This document shows positions 61,974-64,000 of a stretch of DNA of 64,000 nucleotides, one piece after another; the first letter of the stretch is position 1, and every line of letters begins with the position of its first letter. The position numbers and the translations under genes are program-made. The notes below the pieces were generated by a model. That model searched no databases. It was not told where the DNA came from and saw only the letters and a program-made list of their open reading frames with translations. The DNA is from Candidatus Indicimonas acetifermentans (lineage in GTDB: Bacteria; Gemmatimonadota; Gemmatimonadetes; Palauibacterales; KS3-K002), in contig CANPVX010000002.1 of NCBI GenBank assembly GCA_947581815.1, positions 381-64,380 of the forward strand, read 5' to 3'.

Positions 61974-62948
61974 ATCGCTGTTACGCTGGGCGATCCGCGG
62001 GGTATCGGTCCGGAGATCTCCGTCCGCGCCGCACGGGAGCCGGAGATGATCGAGGCCGATGTCGTACTAGTCGGCCCGACCGGCGCGGTGGAGCCAGAGG
62101 GGCTGGATCAGATCGAGGTCGGAGCTTGGGGGGGCGGCGGGGGCGGCGGGAGCGGGGGGGGCGGAGGCGATCCCCACGAGGCGGGCCGCCTCTCAGCCCT
62201 GGCGATCGAGCGCGCGGTCAGCCTGGCCTTGGCCGGCCACGTTGACGCGATCGTGACGGCGCCCATATCCAAGTCCGCCCTGGTGCTAGCCGGGTATGAT
62301 TGGCCCGGTCACACGGAAATGCTGCGTGACCTGGCGGGCGTTGCCGACACGGCTCTCTGCCTGACCTGCGAAGAGAGTCCGCTGGGTGCTCCTTTGCGCG
62401 TCGTCCTCGTCACCGGGCACATACCCCTTCGTGCCGTGCCCGACGCTTTCAGCGCCGAGCAGCTGGAGCGCTCGGCCCGGCTCGCCCGTGAAGGGCTTAG
62501 CCGACTCTGGGGCATCAGAGAACCCCGTCTGGCCGTTTGCGCGATCAATCCACACGCATCGGAAGGCGGCCTCTTCGGCGACGAGGAGGCTCGCGTCTGC
62601 TCTCCCGCCATCGAGCGGTTGCGCGGCGAGGGGATCGACATCTCGGGGCCCTTCCCCGCTGACACCGTCTTTCTGCGCGCCATGCGCGGCGAGACCGATG
62701 CGGTTCTGGCTCCCTACCACGATGTGGGCATGACCGCCATCAAGACGGCCTGCTTTGGCCGGGCCGTTAACGTCACCCTGGGCTTGCCGTTTCCCAGGAC
62801 TTCACCCGACCACGGGACCGCCTTCGATATCGCCAAGAGCGGCAGGGCGGATGCCAGCTCGATGAGAGCCGCGCTCGAGCTGGCCGTCGCCTTCGCCACC
62901 CGGTCTTTGACGTCAGATGGGATCGCTGATAAATTGCGGCAGGGATGA
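61974..62948 (+). CDS. pdxA: 4-hydroxythreonine-4-phosphate dehydrogenase
   Basis: The conserved N-terminus IAVTLGDPRGIGPEI, followed by TAPISK, GHTEML, NPHAGEGG-like (INPHASEGG) and GLPFxRTSxDHGTAFDIAxxG motifs. The first canonical start (ATG 62046) lies after the GDPxGIGPE motif, so the true start is unresolved (see findings). Confidence 0.85.
   Translation: MAVTLGDPRGIGPEISVRAAREPEMIEADVVLVGPTGAVEPEGLDQIEVGAWGGGGGGGSGGGGGDPHEAGRLSALAIERAVSLALAGHVDAIVTAPISKSALVLAGYDWPGHTEMLRDLAGVADTALCLTCEESPLGAPLRVVLVTGHIPLRAVPDAFSAEQLERSARLAREGLSRLWGIREPRLAVCAINPHASEGGLFGDEEARVCSPAIERLRGEGIDISGPFPADTVFLRAMRGETDAVLAPYHDVGMTAIKTACFGRAVNVTLGLPFPRTSPDHGTAFDIAKSGRADASSMRAALELAVAFATRSLTSDGIADKLRQG
62127..62170. 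repeat. G-rich low-complexity tract inside pdxA encoding GGGGGGGSGGGGG
   Basis: Read directly: ggggggcggcgggggcggcgggagcgggggggggcggaggcga. Confidence 0.9.
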
Positions 62949-62999
62949 AGGCCACCTCCCCTGCCGCCTCCTCCACCCCTATAGTGCTCATCGAGTCCG

Positions 63000-63683
63000 G
63001 TGATCAAGCTCATCAGTGTCTATAAAGAGTACCCGCGTTCGGGTCTCGCTCTAAAGAACGTCTCCCTGCATATAAGAAAAGGCGAGTTCGCCTTTCTCAC
63101 GGGGCCGTCGGGAGCGGGAAAGAGCACTATTCTGCGCTTGATCCACATGACCGAGCGACCGAGCGAGGGGGAGGTCCGCGTATCTGGATTCTCATCCAAA
63201 CAAGTTAAGCGTCGTGATATACCGCAACTGCGGCGACGGGTCGGGATGGTGTTCCAGGACTTTCGCCTCCTGCGCACGAGAACCGCCGCGGAGAACCTGG
63301 CATTCGCTCATGAGGTCACGGGTGGCAAGCGGAGCGAGATCAAAGCGAAGGTCCAGCGGCTCCTGGCACAGGTCGGTCTCGCCTCCCGCGCGAGCGCTTA
63401 TCCCGAGGAGCTCTCGGGCGGCGAGCAACAGCGGATCGCAATCGCCCGTGCACTGATCCACGACCCGGTCATCCTCCTAGCCGACGAGCCCACCGGCAAC
63501 CTCGACGAACGCGCCGCAAACGGCGTGTTCGACCTGATTCGCGAGATCAACTCCGTCGGCACTGCCGTCCTGATAGCGACGCACGATCTGGATCTAGTGC
63601 GTCGTTTCTCGCAGTACCGGGTTTTGGAACTCGCGGACGGGGCCATCGTGTACGACACTTTGCATAGCGATGGCAAGCAGTAG
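63000..63683 (+). CDS. ftsE: cell-division ABC transporter ATP-binding protein
   Basis: 227 aa. Walker A GPSGAGKST, ABC signature LSGGEQQR, Walker B ILLADEPTGNLD. Confidence 0.92.
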   Translation: MIKLISVYKEYPRSGLALKNVSLHIRKGEFAFLTGPSGAGKSTILRLIHMTERPSEGEVRVSGFSSKQVKRRDIPQLRRRVGMVFQDFRLLRTRTAAENLAFAHEVTGGKRSEIKAKVQRLLAQVGLASRASAYPEELSGGEQQRIAIARALIHDPVILLADEPTGNLDERAANGVFDLIREINSVGTAVLIATHDLDLVRRFSQYRVLELADGAIVYDTLHSDGKQ

Positions 63684-64000
63684 CATCCGCGGCGCGATCG
63701 GAGCGCTGAGGCGCTCTCCCGGCCTCGCGGTACTTTCCGCCGTTAGTATCGGCCTAAGTCTATTCGTGCTGGGGATGTTCGGGCTGGTGACGCATAACGT
63801 CGATGTGAACCTTCGACACATCGAGCGACGCGTCGAGGTGGTGGCCTATCTGCGCGACGATGTATCCGGGCAACTGCTCGAGGTTCTGCAAAACGACGTC
63901 CGTTCGTTCCCCGAAGTGTCCGATCTGAGTCACGTCTCCAAATTCGAAGCGATGCGCAACGCGATGCAGGACCTGGAGGAGTTTCGTGAGGTCTTCACTG
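63670..64000 (+). CDS. ftsX: cell-division permease FtsX (N-terminal part; continues beyond the window)
   Basis: Overlaps the ftsE stop. Cytoplasmic N-terminus then TM1 (GLAVLSAVSIGLSLFVLGMFGL) and the start of the periplasmic domain. Confidence 0.8.
   Translation, partial: MASSSIRGAIGALRRSPGLAVLSAVSIGLSLFVLGMFGLVTHNVDVNLRHIERRVEVVAYLRDDVSGQLLEVLQNDVRSFPEVSDLSHVSKFEAMRNAMQDLEEFREVFT

Overview
This 64-kb window is a very high-GC (roughly two-thirds G+C), gene-dense chromosomal segment from a diderm bacterium: it encodes SurA-type chaperones, a FadL-like outer-membrane barrel and lipoproteins. It is almost entirely core housekeeping. I see no transposases, integrases, phage genes, CRISPR arrays, rRNA or tRNA genes.

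Recognisable genes, in order:
- a partial CpsB/YwqE-type PHP protein-tyrosine phosphatase at the left edge;
- alaS; an M16 zinc peptidase; recA-recX; threonine aldolase divergent from a threonine-dehydratase-like PLP enzyme; a DegT-family sugar aminotransferase; a divergent CcmF-like membrane protein that lacks the WWD heme-handling motif;
- a long minus-strand housekeeping run (LOG/TIGR00725, glpK, mtnA, maf, dtd, glmS, glmM);
- metB/metC-family enzyme, purD, fpg;
- a prenylquinone late-step cluster (ubiE-ubiD ... ubiA-ubiX) interrupted by a methyl-accepting chemotaxis protein and a small membrane protein;
- an ECF sigma / zinc anti-sigma operon followed by a bactofilin-domain membrane protein and an all-beta secreted protein;
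- Mrp/ApbC and Nfu Fe-S carriers;
- an isolated Wzc-type BY-kinase with a sigma70-like promoter;
- convergent to it, a three-gene cassette: PfkB sugar kinase, fused STAS::GHKL ATPase, STAS-like DUF4325-type protein. This is the best candidate for an uncharacterised regulatory system in the window;
- ROK glucokinase, lepA, a lipoprotein plus FadL-like barrel pair, DUF72, an M28 peptidase, DUF58 plus a BatA-like vWA protein with no MoxR, mfd, two tandem SurA-like PPIases, pdxA, ftsE and partial ftsX.

Smaller oddities:
- a perfect 9-bp x3 in-frame tandem repeat inside the PfkB gene;
- a C11 homopolymer at a 2-bp convergent gene junction;
- a G-rich tract encoding a poly-Gly loop in PdxA;
- a pdxA whose conserved N-terminus is encoded upstream of any canonical start codon.

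All functional calls rest on motif recognition in the supplied translations, not on database searches. Coordinates of starts are approximate where noted.
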